Shown: one piece after another, positions 19,000-28,267 of the stretch
Layout: each line of letters begins with the position of its first letter
How positions within the stretch are numbered: position 1 is the first letter of the stretch
Source: Rubripirellula sp.
GTDB taxonomy: Bacteria; Planctomycetota; Planctomycetia; Pirellulales; Pirellulaceae
Assembly: GCA_965216875.1 (NCBI GenBank)
Contig: OZ244207.1
Location: 1,056,001 to 1,120,000, forward strand
Length of the DNA stretch: 64,000 nucleotides
Direction of reading: 5' to 3'
Translations under genes and position numbers: made by a program
The notes under the pieces: generated by a model
Databases searched by the model: none
Seen by the model: only the letters and a program-made list of their open reading frames with translations
What the model was told of the DNA's origin: nothing

Positions 19000-20343
19000 A
19001 TGAATACTGCAAGAATCTTTGCCTGCGTGGCCCTGACGATCCTCACGGCAACCACCGTTTCGGCTCAGCGAGGCGGTGGTGGAGATCGCGGTGACCGCGG
19101 CGGTGATCGTGGCGGCGGTGGATTTCGCGGTGGTCCCGGTGGTGGCGGCCCTGGCGGCGGTTCCCGAGGTGGTCCTGGTGGTTTCCGGGGCGGGGGCGGA
19201 CGAGGCGGATTCGACCCAACCGAAATGCTCAAACGACTCGACACCAACGGAAACGGTGTCCTCGATCCCGACGAACAGCAGGGGCCAGCCCAATTCATGA
19301 TCGGCCGCATGGCCCAGGCGGACCCAAGTATCAAGGTGGGCTCGCCGATCTCGCTCAAGAAGATCAGCGAAGGCTTCGAGAAGATGCGCGCCGAACGTGA
19401 GGGACGCGATTCGGGCGGTTCATCAAGTCGGACTCGAACCAACTCCACCGACGAAGCTGCCCTGATGGCCGAGTTGTTGGTGCCTGGGTTTGGCAACGAA
19501 GAAGAACCAACACCGCTGCTCGGTTTTGGTGCGACCGCTGCGATGATGGATGTCACCGTGACCGACGCCGATCGTCGAGAGGCGTCCGAACGGATGCGCC
19601 AGTTCGATCGCAACCGAGATGGATTCTTGACCAAAGAAGAACTGTCGAGGTTCTCTGGCAACCCAATGGACTTTGACCGCAACCGTGACGGAAAACTGTC
19701 GGAGAGCGAGTTGACCGTGCGGTACGCTCGTCGCCGTGAAGGCCGAGAAGAGGCTCAGGCGAACGACGACCGAAATCGTCGACGTGACGATGATCGAAAA
19801 CGCAAGTCAGATCCGCCAGACGTGTTTGGCGATCGTAAGTCGTATCGTTCAACGCCACGATCTTTGCCAGAGGGATTGCCGCGGTTCTTTGAAGACAAAG
19901 ATGGCGATCGTGATGGCCAGGTCACGATGACGGAGTATGCCACGGAGTGGAATGAGGATGTGATCGCGGCTTTCTTTCGCAATGACCTAAACGGTGATGG
20001 AATCATCACCGTTGCCGAGGCCATGCGTGCACTCGAAATGGGCGACGGAGCATCAGGCTCCACCTACACATCGTCATCCGCATCGTCTGGTTCCGACTCA
20101 GGCTCTTCGTCAAGTGACGCGTCGACCGGTTCATCCGTGCCCTCGGACGTCAAACCTGATCCCAAGCTTGTGACGTATGCAAAGCGAATCATCACACGCT
20201 ATGACAAGAACAACGACAGCCAGCTGACGCCGGCCGAGTGGGAAAGCATGTTGATCAGCCCCGCAAAGGCTGATGCCAACGGCGATGGTCGCGTGACCGT
20301 TGAAGAGTACGCGATCTGGTTGACCCTGAGATCGCGAAAGTAG
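19000..20343 (+). CDS. Secreted multi-EF-hand protein with RGG/Gly-rich N-terminus
   Basis: Signal peptide; seven DxNxDG-type loops (DTNGNGVLD, DRNRDGFLT, DRNRDGKLS, DGDRDGQVT, DLNGDGIIT, DKNNDSQLT, DANGDGRVT). Confidence 0.88.
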   Translation: MNTARIFACVALTILTATTVSAQRGGGGDRGDRGGDRGGGGFRGGPGGGGPGGGSRGGPGGFRGGGGRGGFDPTEMLKRLDTNGNGVLDPDEQQGPAQFMIGRMAQADPSIKVGSPISLKKISEGFEKMRAEREGRDSGGSSSRTRTNSTDEAALMAELLVPGFGNEEEPTPLLGFGATAAMMDVTVTDADRREASERMRQFDRNRDGFLTKEELSRFSGNPMDFDRNRDGKLSESELTVRYARRREGREEAQANDDRNRRRDDDRKRKSDPPDVFGDRKSYRSTPRSLPEGLPRFFEDKDGDRDGQVTMTEYATEWNEDVIAAFFRNDLNGDGIITVAEAMRALEMGDGASGSTYTSSSASSGSDSGSSSSDASTGSSVPSDVKPDPKLVTYAKRIITRYDKNNDSQLTPAEWESMLISPAKADANGDGRVTVEEYAIWLTLRSRK

Positions 20344-20350
20344 TTGGATC

Positions 20351-20412
20351 GTCGCCTTTCGCTCCGCGAAAGCAGCGCCGGCATACGCAACTTTCGCGGA
20401 GCGATAGGCGGC
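20351..20412. repeat. REP-like inverted doublet (GTCGCCTTTCGCTCCGCGAAAG family)
   Basis: Same unit as at 3570 and 24619. Confidence 0.85.
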
Positions 20413-20425
20413 AATGTGCCATCAC

Positions 20426-21154
20426 TTACTGCTGTTCGCTTTCTAGGCGTTCAGCTTCAATCATTGCCTGTTCGGCGAGCTCAGACGCCTCGATCGATTT
20501 TTGAATCAACGGCATCACGACGTTACGATAGATTTCTGCCGCGAAGGGATAACGTTTCATTTGTTGAAACGCCTCGTACGCCGATTCGCCTTCCGCCGCT
20601 GACATGTCGACCGATTGCGTTCGACCCTCCGCGTCGACCAGCACCGATTGGTAGCGAACCTTTCCGTCGTCACCCTCAACGCGTTGGACATCGTGCAGTT
20701 GTGCTGTCTGATGATCAAACGCACCTTCAGGTTCTTGCTCAGCCGGTTCGGCGCCCGCCTCGAGTCCGAGCGTGTTGGCGATCGATGAGGTGACTTCCGC
20801 CACCGACTCCTCGTTCGAAATCGCTTCGAGTCGCTGCAGGTTCTTTTCCAGCTCTGAGAGCTTTCGCTCGTCGGGCAGTTTTTCGAATTGCTCGATCTGG
20901 GATTCGATCGAAGCTTCAAGTTGGTCCGCTGGCACATCGGGAGCCGGAGCTGGCTTGGGAAGGTCGGGCGGGGGGGACGTTCGGGCTGGCTCGGAGGCCG
21001 CGCCGCTGGCGATCGCGAATTCGTTCGGATGGCTGGCTTCTTCTCGCTGCGGCAAGTACCAGGCAAAGAGGACGATCGCCAATCCAATGTGGAAGACGAT
21101 CGAAATGATGATCGCGCGACGTCGCCAAGTTTGCCTCGTGTCCATAACGTCCAT
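20426..21154 (-). CDS. Single-TM hypothetical protein with TonB/TolA-like anchor and Pro-rich linker
   Basis: RRR-IIISIVFHIGL TM segment, PPPDLPKPAPAP linker, helical acidic C-terminal region. Start is 21154 or 21145. Confidence 0.75.
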   Translation of the reverse strand: MDVMDTRQTWRRRAIIISIVFHIGLAIVLFAWYLPQREEASHPNEFAIASGAASEPARTSPPPDLPKPAPAPDVPADQLEASIESQIEQFEKLPDERKLSELEKNLQRLEAISNEESVAEVTSSIANTLGLEAGAEPAEQEPEGAFDHQTAQLHDVQRVEGDDGKVRYQSVLVDAEGRTQSVDMSAAEGESAYEAFQQMKRYPFAAEIYRNVVMPLIQKSIEASELAEQAMIEAERLESEQQ

Positions 21155-21398
21155 TCTAATTCTTCCGTAGTGGACGAGGCCACGAGTCCCCAGCTCCTTG
21201 ATTTCGAAACTCTTCAATCTTGAAACTCTTGGGTCTCGAGAGCAGCGATCGAGGGACTCGTTGCCTCGTCCACTACGACAAAATTGCCCAGTTTCACGGT
21301 GATTCGTCTTACGTCGGTGTCCCCAATCGCGGTATGGTTCGCAAAACAAGGACCTCAGCGGTATTGCTCGCCCACTTTCACAAGCGGACTCAGACAGG

Positions 21399-22139
21399 AT
21401 GTCGGACCTCTATTTCGCGAAAGTACCTCTCCGAAACACCTACTTGCGGGTGAAGAATCGGATCTCGAAAGGCAACGAATACTCCGATTTGATGCGGCGA
21501 TATGACATCAACTTGGTGTTTGATGTCGGTGCAAACAAAGGCCAATACGGCCGAGAATTGATCTCGAGCGGCTACCGCGGACGCATTGTGTCGTTCGAGC
21601 CCCTCCCGTCAGCCTTTGCCAAACTCAAGCTGAATCGCTGGAGCTTTTCGTCGTGGCAAGTCGAATCGTTTGCACTTGGTGCCGAAGAGAGCACGGCAAC
21701 GCTGAACGTCTCCGCCAACTCACAAAGCAGTTCGCTGCAACCGATGTTACAAGCACATGTCGATGCGGCCCCCGAAGCGGCCTACATTTCGACCTGTGAC
21801 GTTCCGGTTCGTCGGCTCGATCAGGTGTTCGACAACTATTATCGCCCTGGCGATCGTTGTTATTTGAAGCTCGATGTTCAAGGTCACGAGCACCATGTGT
21901 TGGCCGGCGCCTCGGAGTGTCTCGACAAGATCATCGCGGTTCAAGCCGAGTTGTCGATTTCGCCGCTCTATGAGGGCGCCCAGACTTGGCGCGATGCGAT
22001 CGATTCGATGGAATCGCTCGGTTATCGTTTGATGCTTCTGACCCCCGGCTTTCGTGATCGCGACACGGGCGAAATGATGCAAGCCGATGGCGTGTTCGTA
22101 CGCAACGACGCAGTCGAAAGCGTGCGAAGGGCCGCCTAA
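21399..22139 (+). CDS. FkbM family methyltransferase
   Basis: VFDVGANKGQ, SFEP and LKLDVQGHE motifs. Confidence 0.92.
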   Translation: MSDLYFAKVPLRNTYLRVKNRISKGNEYSDLMRRYDINLVFDVGANKGQYGRELISSGYRGRIVSFEPLPSAFAKLKLNRWSFSSWQVESFALGAEESTATLNVSANSQSSSLQPMLQAHVDAAPEAAYISTCDVPVRRLDQVFDNYYRPGDRCYLKLDVQGHEHHVLAGASECLDKIIAVQAELSISPLYEGAQTWRDAIDSMESLGYRLMLLTPGFRDRDTGEMMQADGVFVRNDAVESVRRAA

Positions 22140-22206
22140 GTCGAGTGCTGCGGATTGCAATCTTGGTGCCACCAGAGCAACTTCTTGCGCAGTTTGGGCT
22201 GCGCCC

Positions 22207-22299
22207 GTGAGCCGCTGGCCGTCAGGCCTCGGGCCCTTGCCGACGCGCACTAAGGTTGAAGGCGAGAAAGGCCCGGCCGCTTACGCGATCGCGGCTCAG
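22207..22299. repeat. REP-like element (GTGAGCCG family)
   Basis: GTGAGCCGCTGGCCGTCAGGCCTCGGGCC ... GGCCCGGCCGCTTACGCG..CGCGGCTCA. Confidence 0.7.
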
Positions 22300-22356
22300 T
22301 TGTGTGAACTTCGGCAAGGATTTCTGCTGATGGAAGCGCAATCGCAATCTCGAGCA

Positions 22357-22611
22357 CTAGCGAGCCTTTTGTGATTGAGCGTCACGGTTGCCCTGCTGGT
22401 GAGGGCTAGGCATGACTTGCAAGTTTGCCTGCTCTTGTAGGCTGGGCAAGTGTTCCGGAAGGTCGAACACGAGCTCGTGACGGCGAATCGAAACCTCTTT
22501 CGGCGCTTCGATTGAAAGTGTGACGCGGCGGCCACGAATTCGCTGGATTGCGATTCGTGTGTTCCCGTCGATCACCAATTCTTCTCCAATTTTCCTTGTC
22601 AGCACCAACAT
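22357..22611 (-). CDS. csrA: Carbon storage regulator CsrA/RsmA family protein
   Basis: MLVLTRKIGE..VI...I.......V.L.IEAPKEVSI.R.EL; GGAG upstream. Confidence 0.9.
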   Translation of the reverse strand: MLVLTRKIGEELVIDGNTRIAIQRIRGRRVTLSIEAPKEVSIRRHELVFDLPEHLPSLQEQANLQVMPSPHQQGNRDAQSQKAR

Positions 22612-22869
22612 CCGTTTTCTCCAATTCCGTTGGATTCCAGTTGCTTGCATTTCGCAATCAATGCAGCGGTTTGTTTGCCCTCCCTGTCTCTACGCGGAAA
22701 TGTTCGCTTCCGCCCGCAGTCCGCCTGTGCCAGATCGAGTGTGCGGAAAACCGCGATTGGCTGCAGGCAATCAGATGCTCTTCCGCCTCGAGGGCCCTTT
22801 TTGGTAAATCGCATACTTACGTTTTTGGTAAGCGTTTCCCCAACCAAGAAGTCACGGATGTCTTCTGCC

Positions 22870-23979
22870 ATGTTCCAACGTTGTTTGCTCGGACTTTGTT
22901 TGTTGACGGTCACTTCGAGTGTGACCTTTGCGGACACCCCTAGCTTGTTGAAGATTTTTGGTCGCACAGCAAAGGCGAAGCCGATTGCTGATGCAAACTC
23001 GTTCAAGCTGAGTGCAGAAGACGGGCCTTGGTTGATTTTGGCCGCGACCTTTGTCGGCAACGACGCAAAGCAGCGTGCACAAAAGCTGGCCACCGAAATC
23101 CGCAGTGAAATGCGGTTGCCAGCCTATATCTACAACGAGAAGTTTGACTTCACTGGCAAGTTGAATTCACCCGATCGCAACGCCCCTAAGATGCGTTACG
23201 CCAACCAATACGAATACGAAGCCTACGCCGTTCTGGTTGGTGAATACGATTCGGTCGAAAACAAGAATCTCGAAAAAGACCTCGCATCGATTCGTACCGC
23301 ATCGCCTTCAGTCTTTGACAAAAAGAACCAGGAAGTCGCCGATCCCGACAAGCCTGTCACCATGCTCAGCGCGATCAAAGACAAATTGACTCGCGCCAAG
23401 AAGGGCAAAGGACCGATGGCGTCTGCGTTTGTCACTCGCAACCCATTGCTTCCCAAAGAGTACTTTGATGCACCTGAGGTCGACTCGTTCGTCCACGCGC
23501 TCAACAAAGATTTCCCATCGAACAATCTGTTGCAAAACAAAGGCAAGTTCACGGTGATCGTTCGTACGTTCCAGGGACTCGAGACCGTTGTCGATGGACG
23601 CAACGACAAAAAGTTCTTGCCGAACCTGCGTCGTTTGGATCAATTCGCCGAAGACGCTGAAAAGATGACGGCCAAGCTTCGCGCTGACGGAGTCGAGGCT
23701 TACCAATTCCACGACCGCTTCAAATCGATTGTGACAATTGGTAGCTTTGACGAACTGGGACGCGAATTGCCCGATGGTCGTTTCGAATACTCGCCCGAGA
23801 TTCGACGCGTGATGAAGAAGTACAGCGCGCTAAATGACCAAGTGGCTCGTGTGATTCCACAACAAGGGATTGCAGCGAATCACATCGACAAGATTCCGTT
23901 TGACGTCAAGCCAACGCCAATCGCGGTCCCGAAACCGTCCAAACGCAGCCTCTACAGCTCGGCTTTCGGCCGTCGATAA
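22870..23979 (+). CDS. Secreted hypothetical protein with two SPOR-like segments
   Basis: Signal peptide; GPWLILAATF...A..LA..IR and GKFTVIVRTF...A..M...LR..G.EAY.....S.VTIGSF. Ends 2 nt before rdgB. Confidence 0.75.
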   Translation: MFQRCLLGLCLLTVTSSVTFADTPSLLKIFGRTAKAKPIADANSFKLSAEDGPWLILAATFVGNDAKQRAQKLATEIRSEMRLPAYIYNEKFDFTGKLNSPDRNAPKMRYANQYEYEAYAVLVGEYDSVENKNLEKDLASIRTASPSVFDKKNQEVADPDKPVTMLSAIKDKLTRAKKGKGPMASAFVTRNPLLPKEYFDAPEVDSFVHALNKDFPSNNLLQNKGKFTVIVRTFQGLETVVDGRNDKKFLPNLRRLDQFAEDAEKMTAKLRADGVEAYQFHDRFKSIVTIGSFDELGRELPDGRFEYSPEIRRVMKKYSALNDQVARVIPQQGIAANHIDKIPFDVKPTPIAVPKPSKRSLYSSAFGRR

Positions 23980-23981
23980 TC

Positions 23982-24590
23982 ATGTTTGATCTTGTCCTGG
24001 GAACCAACAACGCAAAAAAGCTCGTTGAACTTCGCTTGTTGCTTCCCGCGGATCGGATCAAGCTGACACCTCTTTGCGAGATTCCCGAGTCATTTGACGT
24101 CGAGGAAACCGGCACAACGTTCACCGAAAACGCCGCGCTCAAAGCGACCGAGCAAGCCAAACACCTCGGCCGCTGGGTGCTTGCCGAAGACAGCGGTCTG
24201 TCGGTTGATGCACTCAAAGGTGAACCGGGTGTCTATTCCGCTCGTTACGCCGGGACACACGGTGATGACGAGGCGAACAACGACAAACTGTTGGAATCGC
24301 TTGCCGGAGTGCCCGAAGAAAAACGGGGGGCGCAATACAACTGCTACCTCTGTCTTTCCGATCCTGAAGGCAACGTTCGCATCCAAGCCAATGCTAAGTG
24401 CGGCGGTAGGATCGCGACCGAGCGAACCGGAACGGCTGGGTTTGGTTATGACCCACTGTTCATCATCCGCGAATACCATCGCACCTTCGGCGAGCTTGAT
24501 CTGGCTGTCAAACGAGCGATCAGCCATCGGTCGCGAGCATTACGCGTGTTCATTCCAAAGCTGTTGCGACTGGTCGAACAGGAATCGTAA
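23982..24590 (+). CDS. rdgB: Non-canonical purine NTP pyrophosphatase (RdgB/HAM1)
   Basis: TNNAKK, EETG.TF.ENA..KA, EDSGL, GFGYDPLF and SHR motifs. Confidence 0.95.
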   Translation: MFDLVLGTNNAKKLVELRLLLPADRIKLTPLCEIPESFDVEETGTTFTENAALKATEQAKHLGRWVLAEDSGLSVDALKGEPGVYSARYAGTHGDDEANNDKLLESLAGVPEEKRGAQYNCYLCLSDPEGNVRIQANAKCGGRIATERTGTAGFGYDPLFIIREYHRTFGELDLAVKRAISHRSRALRVFIPKLLRLVEQES

Positions 24591-24618
24591 GGCCACACGA
24601 GCTTCTGGTATCGCGATT

Positions 24619-24680
24619 GTCGCCTTTCGCTCCGCGAAAGTATCGCTCAGAAACGCAACTTTCGCGGAGCGAAAGGCGAC
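24619..24680. repeat. REP-like inverted doublet
   Basis: GTCGCCTTTCGCTCCGCGAAAG ... CTTTCGCGGAGCGAAAGGCGAC, a perfect inverted pair. Confidence 0.9.
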
Positions 24681-24780
24681 GATGTACCGCCGATATTTCT
24701 ATCAGCGGCCTTACCATCTCGAGAAGCCTGCGAGCACGACCGTAATCGCTTGCTTTCGCTTTCTTGCTCGGTGGCGTCTT

Positions 24781-27700
24781 CTAGTCGTCTTTGGCTTCGC
24801 GCAATAGTTCTGCCATTCTTGGACGATCCTGTTGAATCTGCTCGAGATCGACGGGCATTCCGATCGCGCGACCGATTCCGGTGTAGAAACCGGCTAGACC
24901 ATCGGACCATTCACCTGAAACGACATCGACGACGGTTTCGCCGCGATCATTCTCGACCGCCGGCGTCGCTCCTTGTTCGAGGAGCAATCGAACCACTTCT
25001 TCGCGACACATGAAGGCGGCGACGTGCAGCGGCGTGTTTCCATCTTCGTTGCCCCTCGATACGCGGGCACCTTTGTCGATCAGGTACTTCACCATCTCGA
25101 CGTTGCCACGCAGAGCCGCGTTGCTGAGCGCCGTCGAACCTTCTCGCGGTCGTCTTCCGTTGATGTTGGCACCGGCCGCCAACGCCCGCTCAACTGCATC
25201 GCGATCGCCTCGGTTGACGGCATCGCTGAGTGCGATTTGCTGGTTGGTTCGACGCGCGTTGATGCGTTGTTTCAATTCGCGTGCGTCATCAGCGTTGTCG
25301 ACGATGTGAAAGATAAAGTCGTTGCTGAATTGACCACTCGGGTTTTGCAATTGAATCAAATGCATCCCTTTCTCGGGAAGTGTTTCAAGCGTGATGGTTA
25401 GCGTTTCGCCATCGATCGAGACGCTTCCATCGGTGCGGCGTCCATTGACGACGATGTTGGGGGCTTCACTGACATGCCGTCCACTAACGGTCATTTGACG
25501 TTTGCCTGGGTGGAGCACGGGGAAGTCTTGATGTCCGCGTTGTTGCTCGATGGGGCCGAGTGTCCAAATGGCTGGTTGAGGATGATCGACGTCGGCCGCG
25601 TTTCCGTGCCGGGCTGAGAAGGTGCCAACAAAAGATTTGGTTGATGCCATCGCGAGCAAGCGTTCAGTCGGGTAGGCCGTTCGCGTTTCGTTGCAAACGT
25701 AACTTCCCGAGCCGTCGTACTTCAGTGAGACGCTTGTCGAGTTGTTGTCGCCTAGTAGGACACCATCCACTTCAAGGACGACCGCACCTTCCTCGGCCGC
25801 CTGTTCGAGCTCGTGCAGCAGTTCGACCGTCGCGGTGTCATCCGCTGTCGCGGGGTCAAGCGTCAATTGACGAGCGAATGCGCCCGAGTATCCCGTACTG
25901 CCTTCCAAGACCATGTCCCAAACGGGATCAAATCGTCTTCGGCCGGCCCAAGAGAATTGCCACAAGCGTCGTTCGGGGATACCAAGTTCGGTGATGCTGC
26001 GGAAAAAGTCAAAGCTGATGATGTTCAACCGACCCTGAGGCAGAATCAGCCATCGGTCATACGCACCTCGCCAGGTCGGCGCGTCCATTCCCGAGCCCGG
26101 CGTGTTGGTGCTGACCCAATAGGGCATGCGATGACAGTCACCGCATACGTTGGGAGTCGGGCCGCCTTGATGGTCACCGTCGATATGAAACAGCTTGAAC
26201 CCATCGAGCGCGCGATCGGAAACGGTATTGGTGTAGGCACGGCGCTGCGCAGGCGGGTAGGGGACGCTCAACAAAAAGGTCGCCATGTCATCGCGTTGCT
26301 GCGCGCTGAGTCGACCAGACTTTCCTTCGTCGTTCTTACCCTCGTGACCGACCATCGCCATGGTGGAGGCGAGCCCGCCGTCGATCAGGTTCCGAGTGGT
26401 GCTTTCGGGAACGTCAAGTTCAGCATTGGGTTCGACATTGCCATGCACGTTGGCACTGTTATTGCCACCATAGGGATCGCCCGGGATGCCGTCCCAATGA
26501 AACGGCGCCGTGTCACGGAGTCCACGAATCGGCATCGTGGAGCGGGGCATGATTTGGTCGCCACCGGTCACGATCGGAGTTTTCAATACCCAGAGCAATT
26601 GATCGGTGTGGCCGTCTGGGTGACAACTTGCACAGGAAAACGTCTCGGTCGTCGAAGCCGCTGCGGTGTTGAATGCGATGCGTCCTCGTTTGACGACAGG
26701 ATGCGTGGGGTCGTCGAGGGCGATCCGTTTTTTGACCACGGGATGGGAGCGATCGGACAGGTCGAGCGATACAACTGAGTTTTCGACTGCATTGAAAACC
26801 CAGCCGCCCTTTAGTTGCCCATCGTTGTCATGAATTAGCGCCAAGCCACGAGGGACAGCGTCTACCCTGACGCTTCCAAGTACGTTTCCGGTCGCGGTGT
26901 CGACCGTGAAGACCTTGTCGGAACCGGCCGCGGTGGCGACGAGTGTTGAGTCGTCCTCGGAAACCTGTATCGCAAAGGGCGTCGCCAAGGCCGTTCCCGG
27001 TTCAGGGTGTTCGGGGGGCAACGGTTCAAGCTCAATCCGTGTTGGTTTCTGGTACTTTCCGTTGGCAAAGGGTACCGCCGTGATCTGATTGAGAAAGGCG
27101 CGGTTTTCGAGTTGAGCCAGGCCGTGCTTTTTCGTGCCGCTTCGTCCGTTGACTTCGTTTCGAGCGTCGGTCTGTGCGACGTAGACGTTGCCTTGGGAGT
27201 CGACTGTGAGGCCGTAAAGGAGTGTGCCCAGGTCCTCGACCACCTGGACGATTTTGTCCGTGCTGGTGTCGTAAACATAAAGGTCACGATCAGGAACTTC
27301 GGGGTGTTTGATGATGTCGACAACCGCACCAAGGGAAAGCACGTTGTTGTTGGCGACCGAATGCTGGTGCGCATCGAACGTCACAAGGTCTCCATCCATC
27401 GGGGGCTGCCCGCCAGAGAGTTGGGTGCGATTGTTCGATTCAAAGGGAATGACGTAGAGCCTGTCACCTCGGACCACGATGTCGCGTGGGTCTTGAGCGG
27501 TCAGGAACAGACGCTTGGTGACCTTGCGAGCCGCGACATCGATGACAGCGATGCGATTTTCGGACGACAACGCAACGTACGCCTTGGTGTTGTTTGCGAA
27601 AGCGATTCCAACGGGCTCGTCAAATCGCGTCGCCTTTGTTTCCGGATCGATGTCTTGAATGGTCGCGATCACATGCAGGTAAGTGCGGCTCGCGGGGACG

Positions 27701-28053
27701 ACGTCAATCACCGACACCGTGTCGGAGACATGGTTTGAAACCCATACCTCGTTGCCATCGGGACGGACGGCGACCGACACAGGGTCAACGCCGACCGGAA
27801 TGCGATGGACGATCCGGTTGGATGCAATCGCAATGACATCGACCGTGTCGGACGGCGTGTTGACGACAAAGACGTGATCACCGGTGATCGCGATGGGCGA
27901 GGCGTGGGGGCTCAGGAAGGTCGGGTGTCCCACTTCAGGCAAGTCGGCGCGAACACTCTGCTGATCACGACGACGTTCTAATTCGTTTGCGCTACTGACA
28001 GTCGGAAACCACAGAATCGCTACCGCAGTGGTCAGCGCGATGGCTCTGTTCAT
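24781..28053 (-). CDS. Secreted YVTN beta-propeller + diheme cytochrome c (CCP/MauG-like) + ankyrin-repeat protein
   Basis: Signal peptide; V.V.N..SDTV.VI repeats; CASCH and CGDCH; TAPFHWDG; C-terminal GSTAL..AA..G and GNTPLHVAA ankyrin repeats. Confidence 0.85.
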   Translation of the reverse strand: MNRAIALTTAVAILWFPTVSSANELERRRDQQSVRADLPEVGHPTFLSPHASPIAITGDHVFVVNTPSDTVDVIAIASNRIVHRIPVGVDPVSVAVRPDGNEVWVSNHVSDTVSVIDVVPASRTYLHVIATIQDIDPETKATRFDEPVGIAFANNTKAYVALSSENRIAVIDVAARKVTKRLFLTAQDPRDIVVRGDRLYVIPFESNNRTQLSGGQPPMDGDLVTFDAHQHSVANNNVLSLGAVVDIIKHPEVPDRDLYVYDTSTDKIVQVVEDLGTLLYGLTVDSQGNVYVAQTDARNEVNGRSGTKKHGLAQLENRAFLNQITAVPFANGKYQKPTRIELEPLPPEHPEPGTALATPFAIQVSEDDSTLVATAAGSDKVFTVDTATGNVLGSVRVDAVPRGLALIHDNDGQLKGGWVFNAVENSVVSLDLSDRSHPVVKKRIALDDPTHPVVKRGRIAFNTAAASTTETFSCASCHPDGHTDQLLWVLKTPIVTGGDQIMPRSTMPIRGLRDTAPFHWDGIPGDPYGGNNSANVHGNVEPNAELDVPESTTRNLIDGGLASTMAMVGHEGKNDEGKSGRLSAQQRDDMATFLLSVPYPPAQRRAYTNTVSDRALDGFKLFHIDGDHQGGPTPNVCGDCHRMPYWVSTNTPGSGMDAPTWRGAYDRWLILPQGRLNIISFDFFRSITELGIPERRLWQFSWAGRRRFDPVWDMVLEGSTGYSGAFARQLTLDPATADDTATVELLHELEQAAEEGAVVLEVDGVLLGDNNSTSVSLKYDGSGSYVCNETRTAYPTERLLAMASTKSFVGTFSARHGNAADVDHPQPAIWTLGPIEQQRGHQDFPVLHPGKRQMTVSGRHVSEAPNIVVNGRRTDGSVSIDGETLTITLETLPEKGMHLIQLQNPSGQFSNDFIFHIVDNADDARELKQRINARRTNQQIALSDAVNRGDRDAVERALAAGANINGRRPREGSTALSNAALRGNVEMVKYLIDKGARVSRGNEDGNTPLHVAAFMCREEVVRLLLEQGATPAVENDRGETVVDVVSGEWSDGLAGFYTGIGRAIGMPVDLEQIQQDRPRMAELLREAKDD

Positions 28054-28267
28054 TGCCTAAAGCACCTGCTGGAGAAGATGTTGCGAAAGTCGAAACATCG
28101 ATTGTCGCGCTGAGGTTGGCATTTCCGCTAGAGTCGCGGAAAAAAAGTTACAGTCGGAAACAGAGCTGATTCCGCGGTGTCACGCTTCGGTTACAAACCG
28201 TCACCCAGGTGCGCTATGATGAAGGCTCGGCTTGGAAAGACGAAACGCGACGCACGTGAGGATTCAA

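Noticed and set aside
24781..28053. True hydrazine synthase / anammox capacity
   Set aside because: No HzsA, HAO or HDH genes in the window and the context is aerobic respiration; only the domain architecture is similar.
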